Origin: Actinoplanes sp.
GTDB lineage: Bacteria > Actinomycetota > Actinomycetes > Mycobacteriales > Micromonosporaceae
NCBI GenBank assembly: GCA_032160305.1
Contig: JAVHVY010000376.1
Span: 6,143 to 70,142, forward strand
DNA: 64,000 nucleotides
Reading direction: 5' to 3'
The notes under the pieces were generated by a model. That model made no database searches. It saw only the letters and a program-made list of their open reading frames with translations, and was not told where the DNA came from. Positions 1 through 8,458 of the stretch are shown here, piece by piece. Made by a program: the position numbers and the translations under genes. Numbering within the stretch: position 1 is the stretch's first letter; the number at the start of each line of letters is the position of its first letter.

Positions 1-172
1 CGCCGAAGATCGTGCCCTCGGCCACCCCGGCGGCCTCGGCGATCCTGCGGGTGCTCACGTCCAGCCCGTGCTCGTGCAGTAACGGGATGGTCGCCGCGAT
101 CAGGGCGGCCCGGCGGTCCTCGGGCGCCATTGCCGCCACCCGCCGTCGTCGCTCGCCCTGCGTGGAAGTCAC
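1..172 (-). CDS. TetR/AcrR family transcriptional regulator, N-terminal part (runs off the window start)
   Basis: Manual translation: MTSTQGERRRRVAAMAPEDRRAALIAATIPLLHEHGLDVSTRRIAEAAGVAEGTIFG, a TetR HTH signature. Start is GTG 172 or ATG 130. Contains a TTA codon at 80-82. Confidence 0.85.
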   Translation of the reverse strand, partial: MTSTQGERRRRVAAMAPEDRRAALIAATIPLLHEHGLDVSTRRIAEAAGVAEGTIFG

Positions 173-184
173 CCGTCGACTCTA

Positions 185-204
185 CTGAGCGAGCACTCAC
201 TCAG
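185..204. promoter_or_regulatory. Imperfect palindrome just upstream of tetR, candidate autoregulatory operator
   Basis: CTGAGCGAGC/ACTCACTCAG, 8 of 10 arm positions complementary. Autoregulation via such sites is typical of TetR genes (inference here). Confidence 0.45.
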
Positions 205-375
205 CCACTGAGATTTGTCACGGATCCGCCGTCCAGTCATCGGATGTCAAGAATGCCTGACTACCGATCCTGGCCATCACCCGGGATGCGTACGGTCCGC
301 CCGACCATGCCGCCCACGCTAGCCCGATTGCTTGCGTCCTTTCGGGAAGGTCCCCTACCATCGATGTACGTCACT

Positions 376-389
376 TTGAATCGATTCAA
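376..389. promoter_or_regulatory. Perfect 14-bp palindrome, LacI-type operator candidate upstream of the rhamnosidase
   Basis: TTGAATCGATTCAA with a central CG, matching the LacI-family TGAA-N-CG-N-TTCA layout; 63 bp before ATG 453. Confidence 0.6.
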
Positions 390-452
390 GTGCCATCTAT
401 TCACATGCCACCCGCCGCCGCAGCGCCGCTCTTCACCACCGAGGAGAACCGC

Positions 453-3400
453 ATGGCACGCACCAGCTCCCTTGGCCGCGCCCTGACAACCGCCGCTCTC
501 ACCCTCGCCGCCTCCATCCCCCTGCACGCTCTGACCGTTTCAGACGCGGCCGCCGCCCTGGTCACCACCCCGGTCAGCCTCAGCGGCGCGCACTGGATCT
601 GGTATCCGGAAGGCAGTCCCGCCACCGCCGCGCCGGTCGCCACCCGCTACCTGCGCCGCACCTTCACCGCCCCGGCCGGCCCGTACACCGACGCGCAACT
701 GGTCGTCACCGGCGATGACACCGTCGACGTCTGGCTCAACGGCAGCTACCTGACCGGTTCGACCCGCGCCGCCGACTCGTGGAAGCAGGCCGCCTACGTC
801 GACCTGGCCGGCGAGCTGCGCTCCGGCAGCAACACCCTCGTGCTCGCCGCGCGCAACAGCAGCGGCCCGGCCGGCGTCCTCGGCAACGTCCGCATCGCCG
901 CCGCCGGCGGCACCGTCGACCTGGTCACCGACGCCGGCTGGCAGGCCGCGCAGACCGTCAACGAGGACTTCGCCGGCAGTTGGGCGACCGCCGCCGACCT
1001 CGGCGCCTACGGCATCGGCCCGTGGAACTCCAACGTGGCCGGCCCGGACGCCGCCGCCGACTCCCCGGTCACGCTCGCCGGCCTGAGCACCGAACACCAG
1101 GTCAACCCGATCGGCATCGACGCGGCCAAGCCGCGCTTCGGCTGGCGGCTGGTCGCCGGCTCCGCCGGAGCGACCCAGGGCCGCTACCAGATCCAGGTGG
1201 GCACGGCCGCCGGCTCCGGCGCCGTCTGGGACAGCGGCCAGGTCAGTTCGAGCAGATCGACCGACATCGCGTACGCGGGACCCGCGCTCGGCAGCAACCG
1301 CGGCTACCACTGGCGGACCCGGGTCTGGGACGCGCAGGGACGGCCCAGCCCGTGGAGCGCCGACGCCACCTTCGACACCGGCCTGACCAGCGGCTGGACC
1401 GCCGGCTTCATCGGCTCGCCGAGCACGGCGAACGTGACCGGCGCCAGCTGGATCTGGTATCCCGAGGGCGACCCGACCACCAGCGCCCCGGCCGCCACCC
1501 GCTACTTCCGGAAGACCTTCACGCTCGGCTCGGTGCCGCGTTCGACGCTGGTAGTGACCGGCGACGACACCGCCGACGTCTGGGTCAACGGTGTCTCGGT
1601 GAGCACGTCGCCGCGGGTGAGCGATTCCTGGAAACGGGCGGCCACCGTCGACGTGACAGCGCGGCTGCACACCGGCGGCAACACCATCGCGATTGCCGCC
1701 ACCAACAGCACCGCCGGGCCGGCCGGCCTGATCGCCAAGCTGACCAGCGGCACGACCACGATCACCACCGACGCGTCGTGGAAGGCGGCGCAGTCCGGGC
1801 CGTCCGGCTGGGAGCAGCCGGCCTTCAACGACTCCGGCTGGGCCGCCGGGAAGGCGCTGGCCGTCTACGGGGCCGGCCCGTGGGGATCGCAGGTCGTGGC
1901 GCCGAACCCCGCGCCGTACCTGAGGAAGGGTTTCGACGTCGGTAAGCCGGTCGCTCGCGCCCGGCTCTTCGCCACCGCGCTCGGGCTGCACGACACCTAT
2001 CTGAACGGCACGCGGGTCGGCGACGAGCGGCTCTCGCCGGGCTGGACCGACTACTCGAAGCGGCTGCAGTATCGCGGTTACGACGTCACCGGCGCGATCC
2101 GGCCGGGCGCCAACGCGCTGGGTGCGGTGCTCGGCAACGGCTGGTACTCCGGCAGCATCGGCTTCGCCGGTAGCCAGCACTGGGGCACCTCGCCCTGGTA
2201 CTCGGCGCAGCTCGTCATCGAATACACCGACGGCACGTCCACAGTGGTCAACAGCGACGCGAGCTGGAAGACCGCCACCGGCGCGATCCTCGCCGACGAC
2301 CTCTACGCCGGCGAGGACCAGGACGCCCGGCTCGCCCCGGCCGGCTGGAACGCGCCCGGCTTCGACGACTCCAGCTGGTCGGCCGTCACCGTCAGGACCG
2401 GTGCGCTGCCGGCGATCGTCGCCCAGGTCGACCCGGGCGTCACCGTTCAGCAGCAGATCCGGCCGATCTCGATCACCCAGCCGAAACCCGGTGTGTGGGT
2501 GGCCGACCTCGGGCAGAACTACGCCGGCTGGGACCGGCTGCGGGTCCGCGGGGCGGCCGGGACGAGAGTGACCCTGCGGCACGCCGAGATCCTGAACGCG
2601 GACGGCACGGTCTACACCGCGAACCTGCGCGCCGCCGCGGCCACGGACACGTTCACGCTGGCCGGCACGGGCGCCGACGAAGTCTTCGAGCCCCGTTTCA
2701 CCGTCCACGGCTACCGCTACGTCGAGCTGACCGGTTTCCCGGGCACGCCGACCGCGGACAACCTCACCGGGCTCGCCGCCTGGACGGCCGGGGGGGCGAC
2801 CGGCACCTTCAGCACCTCCGACCCGCTGGTCAACCAGATCCAGCACAACATCCTCTGGGGCGCCCGCTCCAATATGCTCTCCATCCCGACCGACTGCCCG
2901 CAACGCGACGAGCGGTACGGCTGGACCGGTGACATCGCCGCCTTCTCGGCGACGTCCACGTTCAACTTCGACGCCCAGGGACTGCTGGACAAGTTCGCCG
3001 ACGACCTGACCGACGCCCAGCACTCCGACGGCGCGTTCACCGACGTGGCGCCGGACGTGCTCGGCCGCGCGGGCAAAGCCGGCTGGGGCGACGCGGGCGT
3101 GATCGTGCCCTACAACGTGTGGCAGCGCTACGGCGATCTGCAGGTCATCGACCAGCACTTCGCGGCGATGACCCGCTGGATCGACTACCTGCGCTCCACC
3201 GCCGGCAGCGACCTGATCCGCAACCAGGACACCTACGGCGACTGGCTCAACGTCGACGACGGCACCGCCAACGACCTGACCAGCACGGCGTTCTTCGGCT
3301 GGTCGGCCCGGTTGGTCTCCCGGATGGCCGCCGCGACCGGGCGCACCGCTGAGGCGTCGTCGTACGGGACGCTGGCCGACCAGATCGCGGCGGCGTTCAC

Positions 3401-4106
3401 CGCGAGATTCGTGGCCGCTGACGGGACCGTGGGCAGCAACAGCCAGACCGGGTATGTGCTGGCGCTCGCCTTCGGGCTGGTCCCTTCCGCCCGGCAGCAG
3501 GCGGTGGCCGACAAACTGGCCGCGAAGGTGGCGTCGCGCAACGGGCACCTGTCGGTCGGCTTCATGGGCGTGGAGAACCTGCTGCCCGCACTGGCCGAAC
3601 ACGGGCACCTGGACACGGCGTACCAGATCCTGCGGCAGCCTGACTACCCCGGCTGGGGCTACATGAGCTCCCGCGGGGCGACGACGATCTGGGAACGCTG
3701 GGACGGCATCCGCCCCGACGGGAGCCAGCAGGACCTGAGCATGAACTCCTTCAACCACTACGGCCTGGGCTCGGTCGGGGACTGGCTCTACCGTACGGTC
3801 GGCGGGGTGGCCCCCGCCTCACCCGGCTACCAGAAGATCCTGATCGCACCGAAACCCGGCGGTGGCCTGACCACGGCGACCTCCGACCTGACCACGGACT
3901 ACGGCCAGACCCGCAGCTCCTGGTCCACGTCCGGCACGACATTGACGCTGCAGGTGATCGTCCCGCCGAACGCGACCGCGACCGTCCGGATCCCGTCGAC
4001 CTCGGCGGTCGCCGCACCGGACCAGGCAGTGCCGCTGGGCTCGGCGAACGGCGTCGCGTCGTACGCCGTGGCGTCCGGGAGCTACACCTTCACCACGACG
4101 GCATGA
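453..4106 (+). CDS. Secreted alpha-L-rhamnosidase, GH78, with two CBM67-like modules
   Basis: RBS GAGGAG 441-446 and a signal-like N-terminus. GH78 motifs DCPQRDERYGWTGD, GATTIWERW and SFNHYGLGSV. Two WIWYPEG...GDD...GPW modules. Confidence 0.95.
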   Translation: MARTSSLGRALTTAALTLAASIPLHALTVSDAAAALVTTPVSLSGAHWIWYPEGSPATAAPVATRYLRRTFTAPAGPYTDAQLVVTGDDTVDVWLNGSYLTGSTRAADSWKQAAYVDLAGELRSGSNTLVLAARNSSGPAGVLGNVRIAAAGGTVDLVTDAGWQAAQTVNEDFAGSWATAADLGAYGIGPWNSNVAGPDAAADSPVTLAGLSTEHQVNPIGIDAAKPRFGWRLVAGSAGATQGRYQIQVGTAAGSGAVWDSGQVSSSRSTDIAYAGPALGSNRGYHWRTRVWDAQGRPSPWSADATFDTGLTSGWTAGFIGSPSTANVTGASWIWYPEGDPTTSAPAATRYFRKTFTLGSVPRSTLVVTGDDTADVWVNGVSVSTSPRVSDSWKRAATVDVTARLHTGGNTIAIAATNSTAGPAGLIAKLTSGTTTITTDASWKAAQSGPSGWEQPAFNDSGWAAGKALAVYGAGPWGSQVVAPNPAPYLRKGFDVGKPVARARLFATALGLHDTYLNGTRVGDERLSPGWTDYSKRLQYRGYDVTGAIRPGANALGAVLGNGWYSGSIGFAGSQHWGTSPWYSAQLVIEYTDGTSTVVNSDASWKTATGAILADDLYAGEDQDARLAPAGWNAPGFDDSSWSAVTVRTGALPAIVAQVDPGVTVQQQIRPISITQPKPGVWVADLGQNYAGWDRLRVRGAAGTRVTLRHAEILNADGTVYTANLRAAAATDTFTLAGTGADEVFEPRFTVHGYRYVELTGFPGTPTADNLTGLAAWTAGGATGTFSTSDPLVNQIQHNILWGARSNMLSIPTDCPQRDERYGWTGDIAAFSATSTFNFDAQGLLDKFADDLTDAQHSDGAFTDVAPDVLGRAGKAGWGDAGVIVPYNVWQRYGDLQVIDQHFAAMTRWIDYLRSTAGSDLIRNQDTYGDWLNVDDGTANDLTSTAFFGWSARLVSRMAAATGRTAEASSYGTLADQIAAAFTARFVAADGTVGSNSQTGYVLALAFGLVPSARQQAVADKLAAKVASRNGHLSVGFMGVENLLPALAEHGHLDTAYQILRQPDYPGWGYMSSRGATTIWERWDGIRPDGSQQDLSMNSFNHYGLGSVGDWLYRTVGGVAPASPGYQKILIAPKPGGGLTTATSDLTTDYGQTRSSWSTSGTTLTLQVIVPPNATATVRIPSTSAVAAPDQAVPLGSANGVASYAVASGSYTFTTTA

Positions 4107-4109
4107 CCA

Positions 4110-4147
4110 GGGGGAAAGGCGGGAGCGCTCGCTCCCGCCTTTCCCCC
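4110..4147. terminator. Strong hairpin between convergent genes
   Basis: Perfect 17-bp inverted repeat GGGGGAAAGGCGGGAGC / GCTCCCGCCTTTCCCCC with a 4-nt loop, 3 bp after the GH78 stop. Confidence 0.8.
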
Positions 4148-4195
4148 GAATCCACGTCTGTTCTGGTCGAGGAGATCGGGTAAGGGCGGACCGGC

Positions 4196-5242
4196 TCAGG
4201 CGGACGCGGCGTAGCTGGTTGCCTCGGTCGCCTTGAGGCTCGCCCAGACCTCGCGGCCGGGTTCGAGTTCGAGCTGGACTGCTGCTGCCGGGGTCACGTC
4301 GGCGGCCACCCGGACCGGGCCGGTCAGCTCGATGCGCAGGGCGTCGCCGTGCCGGGCGACCGAGGCCACCGTCGCCCGCCAGGTGTTGCGGGGGCTGCCG
4401 GTGGGCCGGGCCGCGTAGAGCGCCACCGCGGACGGTGGGAAGGCCACGAACACGTCGCCGTTCTGGGCGGTCGCCGTGGTCAGCGCGAAATCGCCGGGCA
4501 GGGTGACCGTGCTGCCGGCCGAGACTCCACGGTAGAGGTTCAGGCCGACCAGGCGGGCGACGTAGTCCGTCTGCGGGCGGGTGGTGATCTGGGTGGCGTC
4601 GCCGGTCTGGACGACCCGGCCGTCCTCGACGATGATCAGGCGGTCGGCGAGCATCATCGCGTCCAACGGGTCGTGGGTGACGATGATCGTGGCGCCGGGG
4701 AAGCCGGCCAGGTGCCCGCGGAGCCGGGCCCGGGTTTCGAGGCGGGTGCGGGCGTCCAGGGCGGCCAACGGCTCGTCGAGCAGCAGCAGGTGCGGGTCGG
4801 TGGCGAGTGCGCGGGCGAGGGCGACGCGCTGGGCCTGACCGCCGGAGAGTTCCCGGGGGCGTTTGCGCTGGTGCTCGGCCAGGCCGACCCGGTCCAGCCA
4901 GGCGGCGGCGGTGGCTCGGGCGGTGGCGCGGGGCACGTGCCGGGAGCGGGGGCCGAACGCGACGTTCTCCAGGGCCGACAGGTGCGGGAACAACAGGTAG
5001 TCCTGGAAGACCACCCCGATCCGGCGGCGTTCGGGCTCGACGAACGGCTCGTCGAGGCGGTGCCCGTTCAGCCGGAGGTAGCCGTCGTCGAGGGCGATCA
5101 GCCCGGCGAGGGCGCGCAGGGCGGTCGACTTGCCGGCGCCGTTCGGGCCGAGCAGCGCGACCACTTCGCCGGGGGCGGCGGTGAGGGCGAGGTCGAGGGT
5201 GAAGCCGGGCCGGCGTACGACCAGGTGCGCGTCGAGGCTCAT
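4196..5242 (-). CDS. modC: Molybdate ABC transporter ATP-binding protein with C-terminal TOBE domain
   Basis: Walker A GPNGAGKS, signature LSGGQ, Walker B LLLLDE. ATG at 5242 overlaps the modB stop (ATGA). Confidence 0.9.
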   Translation of the reverse strand: MSLDAHLVVRRPGFTLDLALTAAPGEVVALLGPNGAGKSTALRALAGLIALDDGYLRLNGHRLDEPFVEPERRRIGVVFQDYLLFPHLSALENVAFGPRSRHVPRATARATAAAWLDRVGLAEHQRKRPRELSGGQAQRVALARALATDPHLLLLDEPLAALDARTRLETRARLRGHLAGFPGATIIVTHDPLDAMMLADRLIIVEDGRVVQTGDATQITTRPQTDYVARLVGLNLYRGVSAGSTVTLPGDFALTTATAQNGDVFVAFPPSAVALYAARPTGSPRNTWRATVASVARHGDALRIELTGPVRVAADVTPAAAVQLELEPGREVWASLKATEATSYAASA

Positions 5243-6018
5243 GGTGAGATCCACTTGTCCCGCAGCCCGGCCAGGACGGCGACGGAGACGACCAGCAGCA
5301 GCAGGCTGAGCACGATGGCCGCGTCCACGTCCTGTTCCAGGGCCAGGTACACGGCCAGCGGCATGGTCTGGGTCCGGCCGGGGAAGTTGCCGGCGAAGGT
5401 GATGGTCGCCCCGAACTCGCCCAGGGCCCGCGCCCAGCAGAGCACCGCCCCGGCGGCCACACCGGGCGCGATCATCGGCAGGGTGACCCGCCGGAAGGTG
5501 GTCCACCGGGAGGCGCCCAGCGTCGCCGCGGCCTCCTCGAACCGGGCGTCCGCCCCGCGCAGTGCTCCTTCGACGCTGATCACCAGGAACGGCATGGCCA
5601 CGAACGCCTCGGCCACCACGACGCCGGCTGTGCTGAACGGCAGGGTGATGCCGAACGTCGAGTCGAGCCAGGCGCCGAGCAGCCCGCGCCGGCCGAGCAC
5701 GAGCAGCAGAGCCACGCCACCGACCACGGGCGGCAGCACCAGCGGCACGGTGACCAGCGCCCGGACCAGCCGGCGACCCGGAAACGTGGTCCGGGCCAGC
5801 AGCCACGCCAGCGGCACCCCGAGCACCAGGCAGACCGCTGTCGCCAGGGTCGCGGTCAGCAGCGACAGCCGCAGGGCGGTCAGGATGCCGGGCTCCGTCA
5901 ACCGTCGGGGCAGCGTCGACCAGGGCGCCCGGACGAGCAACCCGACGAGCGGCAGGACGAGGAACGCCAGCCCGATCAGGGCGGGCACCGCCAGCGCCAG
6001 CGGTGCCCGTACCGTCAT
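5239..6018 (-). CDS. modB: Molybdate ABC transporter permease
   Basis: PLVLPPVVGG, EAA motif FEEAAATLGAS, ARALGEFGATITFAG; lies between modA and modC. Confidence 0.92.
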   Translation of the reverse strand: MTVRAPLALAVPALIGLAFLVLPLVGLLVRAPWSTLPRRLTEPGILTALRLSLLTATLATAVCLVLGVPLAWLLARTTFPGRRLVRALVTVPLVLPPVVGGVALLLVLGRRGLLGAWLDSTFGITLPFSTAGVVVAEAFVAMPFLVISVEGALRGADARFEEAAATLGASRWTTFRRVTLPMIAPGVAAGAVLCWARALGEFGATITFAGNFPGRTQTMPLAVYLALEQDVDAAIVLSLLLLVVSVAVLAGLRDKWISP

Positions 6019-6026
6019 CCGCTTGC

Positions 6027-6824
6027 TCAGGGCTGTCGGAATCCCGCGTCGGTCAGCACCGTCAGTGCCGGGGCCGACTGCACGTAGGCCACGAAGGCGG
6101 CTGCTCCGGCCGCGTTCGGGGCGTTCTTCAGAGCGACGATCGGGTAGTCGTTGATCGCCTGGGCAGACTCGGGGAACTCGACGCCGTCCACGTCGCCGGC
6201 GGACGCCCCGGCGTCGGTGCGGTAGACCAGGGCCGCGTCCACCTCACCCAGCTTGACCTTAGACAGAGCGGCCTTGACGTCCTGCTCCAGGGTCACCGGG
6301 GTGATCTTGACGTTTGCCGCGGCCAGAGCTTTCTTGGCCGCGGCGCCACAGGGCACCTGCTCGGCGCAGAGAGCCACCTTGAGGTCGGGCCTCGCCAGCG
6401 CGGCCAGCGACGAGATGCCCTTCGGGTTGCCCTTCGGTACCGCGATCACCAGCTGGTTCCTGACGAAGGTGGTCGGGACGCCGGCACCGTCGCCGGCGTC
6501 CGTGACCGTCCGCATAGTCGCCGGGCTGGCGGCGGCGAAGACGTCCGCGGGCGCCCCGGAGGTGATCTGCTGGGCGAGCGCCGAGCTTCCCCCGTACGAG
6601 AAGGTCACGTGTGTTGCGGGGTGTGCCGCCTCGAAGTCCTTGCCGATCCGGGTGAATGACTCGGTCAGCGACGCCGCGGCGAGCACCGTGATCGGTCCGC
6701 TCACCGCGGCCGCCGCGCTGGAACCGCCGGACGGCGTCGATGTCGTGTCGCTTGCGCCGCCACACGCGGCGGTGCTCGCCAGCACCGCGGTCAGCGCGAC
6801 CGCGGCAGGCATCCTTGCCCTCAT
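6027..6824 (-). CDS. modA: Molybdate ABC transporter substrate-binding lipoprotein
   Basis: Lipobox TAC; motifs AAASL, SYGGSSALAQQI, VPCG, DAALVYRTDA. Confidence 0.93.
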   Translation of the reverse strand: MRARMPAAVALTAVLASTAACGGASDTTSTPSGGSSAAAAVSGPITVLAAASLTESFTRIGKDFEAAHPATHVTFSYGGSSALAQQITSGAPADVFAAASPATMRTVTDAGDGAGVPTTFVRNQLVIAVPKGNPKGISSLAALARPDLKVALCAEQVPCGAAAKKALAAANVKITPVTLEQDVKAALSKVKLGEVDAALVYRTDAGASAGDVDGVEFPESAQAINDYPIVALKNAPNAAGAAAFVAYVQSAPALTVLTDAGFRQP

Positions 6825-7219
6825 TTACCGTCCCCTCGCTCCACGACCACGTTCGTCGATTTGATCACGGCGACCGCCGTCGACCCGACCTCCAGGCCCA
6901 GGTCGTCGACGGCCTCCCGGCTCATCAGCGACACCACCCGGAACGGGCCGGCCTGGATGTCCACCTGCGCCATCACCGCGTCGCGGGTGACAGCGGTGAC
7001 GATGCCGCGCATCCGATTGCGTGCGGAGGACAGGCGGGCGCCGGCCGCCGGCTCGTCGGCCAGGGACCGGGCGAAGCCGGCCAGTTCGGCGCCGGCGATG
7101 CTGCGATGTCCGTTCTCGTCGCGCACCGCCGGGAGGCGGCCTGCGTCCACCCAGCGGCGCACGGTATCCGTGCTGACCCCGAGCAACTCGGCCGCCGCGC
7201 CGATCCGATATGCCGTCAC
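6821..7219 (-). CDS. MerR/excisionase-type HTH-TOBE molybdate-binding regulator
   Basis: YRIGAAAELLGVSTDTVRRW HTH followed by a TOBE/Mop domain (SARN...VIKSTNV). GTG 7219 has RBS GGTGGAG; stop overlaps modA start. Confidence 0.85.
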   Translation of the reverse strand: MTAYRIGAAAELLGVSTDTVRRWVDAGRLPAVRDENGHRSIAGAELAGFARSLADEPAAGARLSSARNRMRGIVTAVTRDAVMAQVDIQAGPFRVVSLMSREAVDDLGLEVGSTAVAVIKSTNVVVERGDGK

Positions 7220-7429
7220 AATCTCCACCCTAGTGCCGCACATGCCAGGGCGAACAGGGTGACCAGCTCGCAGATGCCGAACCGTTGCGTCATCGGTCGC
7301 AGCATGTGCATGGCGAATGGGGCGGCCCGCGGAGGTGACGGCTGAGCCGCGCGGACCGGATCTTGGGACCTTCGAGCAATGTTCGCGACTTCATGGTGAC
7401 TTGGCCCGGAGACCGGGTACACACACAGG

Positions 7430-8458
7430 ATGACTGTCAGCGGCGACCGGCTCGGGTTGGCGGACCCGCGGCGGGAGTTCAGCACCCGGGGCATGCCGCC
7501 GGGGCCCCGCCGGCCACGTAGGCCCGCGCCCGTGCCGCCCCCGACCGGCGTCGCCGACCTGCCCCGATTCCTGCGAGCCTGGGCGGTGCGCGCCGACGCC
7601 GACGACCTGGCCTCGGCGTACGCGGGGTGTGACGTGGCCGTGGCCACGGCGACCGGCTGGGACTCGCCGGCGGCGCTGGCCGCCGCGTACTCCCTGCGCT
7701 CGTCCGTGGGCCGCCGGCTCGGCGAACTGCCCGCGGCCGGCCGGGACGCACGGACGGCGACCGACCTGCTGCGCGCCGCCGGCGCCGACCCGGGCGCCGA
7801 TGTGGTCAAGCTGGCGGTGGCCCGGCGGGTCGCCGTGCTGGTCGACCGCGGCGAGCTCGAGGACGCCGACGACCTGCTCGTGGACGCCGGCCTGGACAGC
7901 GGCGATGCGCGGCTCGCGGTGCGCTATGTGCGGGGGCGACTGCACGCCGCCGCCGGGCGACCGGGGGAGGCGCTGACCGACCTGTTCCACTGCGGACAGC
8001 AGCTCGCCACCCGCAACGCCGACCGGCCCACGGTGCTGCCGTGGCGGTCCGCGGCCGCGTCGGCGCTGGCGACGACCGGGGCCACGGAGTCGGCGGCCCG
8101 GCTGGTCGGCGACGAGGTGGCGATGGCCCGGCGGGCGGGCACGGCGTCGGCGCTGGGCCGGGCGTTGCGGGTGCAGGGACGTCTCCTGCCGGGGCCGGAC
8201 GGCATCGCGGTACTCGAGGAGTCGCTGCGGGTGCTGGAGGGAGCGCCGCAGCGCTTCGAACTGGCCGGGGCGCTGGTCGACTGTGGGTTGCAGCTCACCG
8301 CGGCCAGGCGCCGCCCGCAGGCCCGTCGCCTGCTGCGCGACGGCCTGGAACTGGCCCAGCGCTGCGGCTCGCCGGCGCTGGCGCAGACGGCCCGGTCCGC
8401 CTACGTGGCCGCCGGTGGGAAGGTCCGGCCGCCGGTCCCGCCGCCCCGCACCGGTTAG
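7430..8458 (+). CDS. LAL-like (large ATP-binding LuxR) regulator fragment: helical/TPR region only
   Basis: Resembles LAL C-terminal halves (LPWRSAAA, ALGRALRV, ARRLLRDGLELAQRCG) but has no Walker A and stops before a LuxR HTH. Confidence 0.6.
   Translation: MTVSGDRLGLADPRREFSTRGMPPGPRRPRRPAPVPPPTGVADLPRFLRAWAVRADADDLASAYAGCDVAVATATGWDSPAALAAAYSLRSSVGRRLGELPAAGRDARTATDLLRAAGADPGADVVKLAVARRVAVLVDRGELEDADDLLVDAGLDSGDARLAVRYVRGRLHAAAGRPGEALTDLFHCGQQLATRNADRPTVLPWRSAAASALATTGATESAARLVGDEVAMARRAGTASALGRALRVQGRLLPGPDGIAVLEESLRVLEGAPQRFELAGALVDCGLQLTAARRRPQARRLLRDGLELAQRCGSPALAQTARSAYVAAGGKVRPPVPPPRTG

Noticed and set aside
390-452. GTG 390 as the rhamnosidase start
   Set aside because: It abuts the operator palindrome and has no SD. 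ATG 453 has GAGGAG and gives a normal signal peptide.
540-3758. 1072-aa antisense ORF and similar long ORFs (e.g. 21063-24395+, 13459-15498-, 43444-45759+, 49339-51042-)
   Set aside because: Shadow frames of real genes in high-GC DNA: Arg/Gly/Pro-rich with no motifs, opposite well-supported CDSs.
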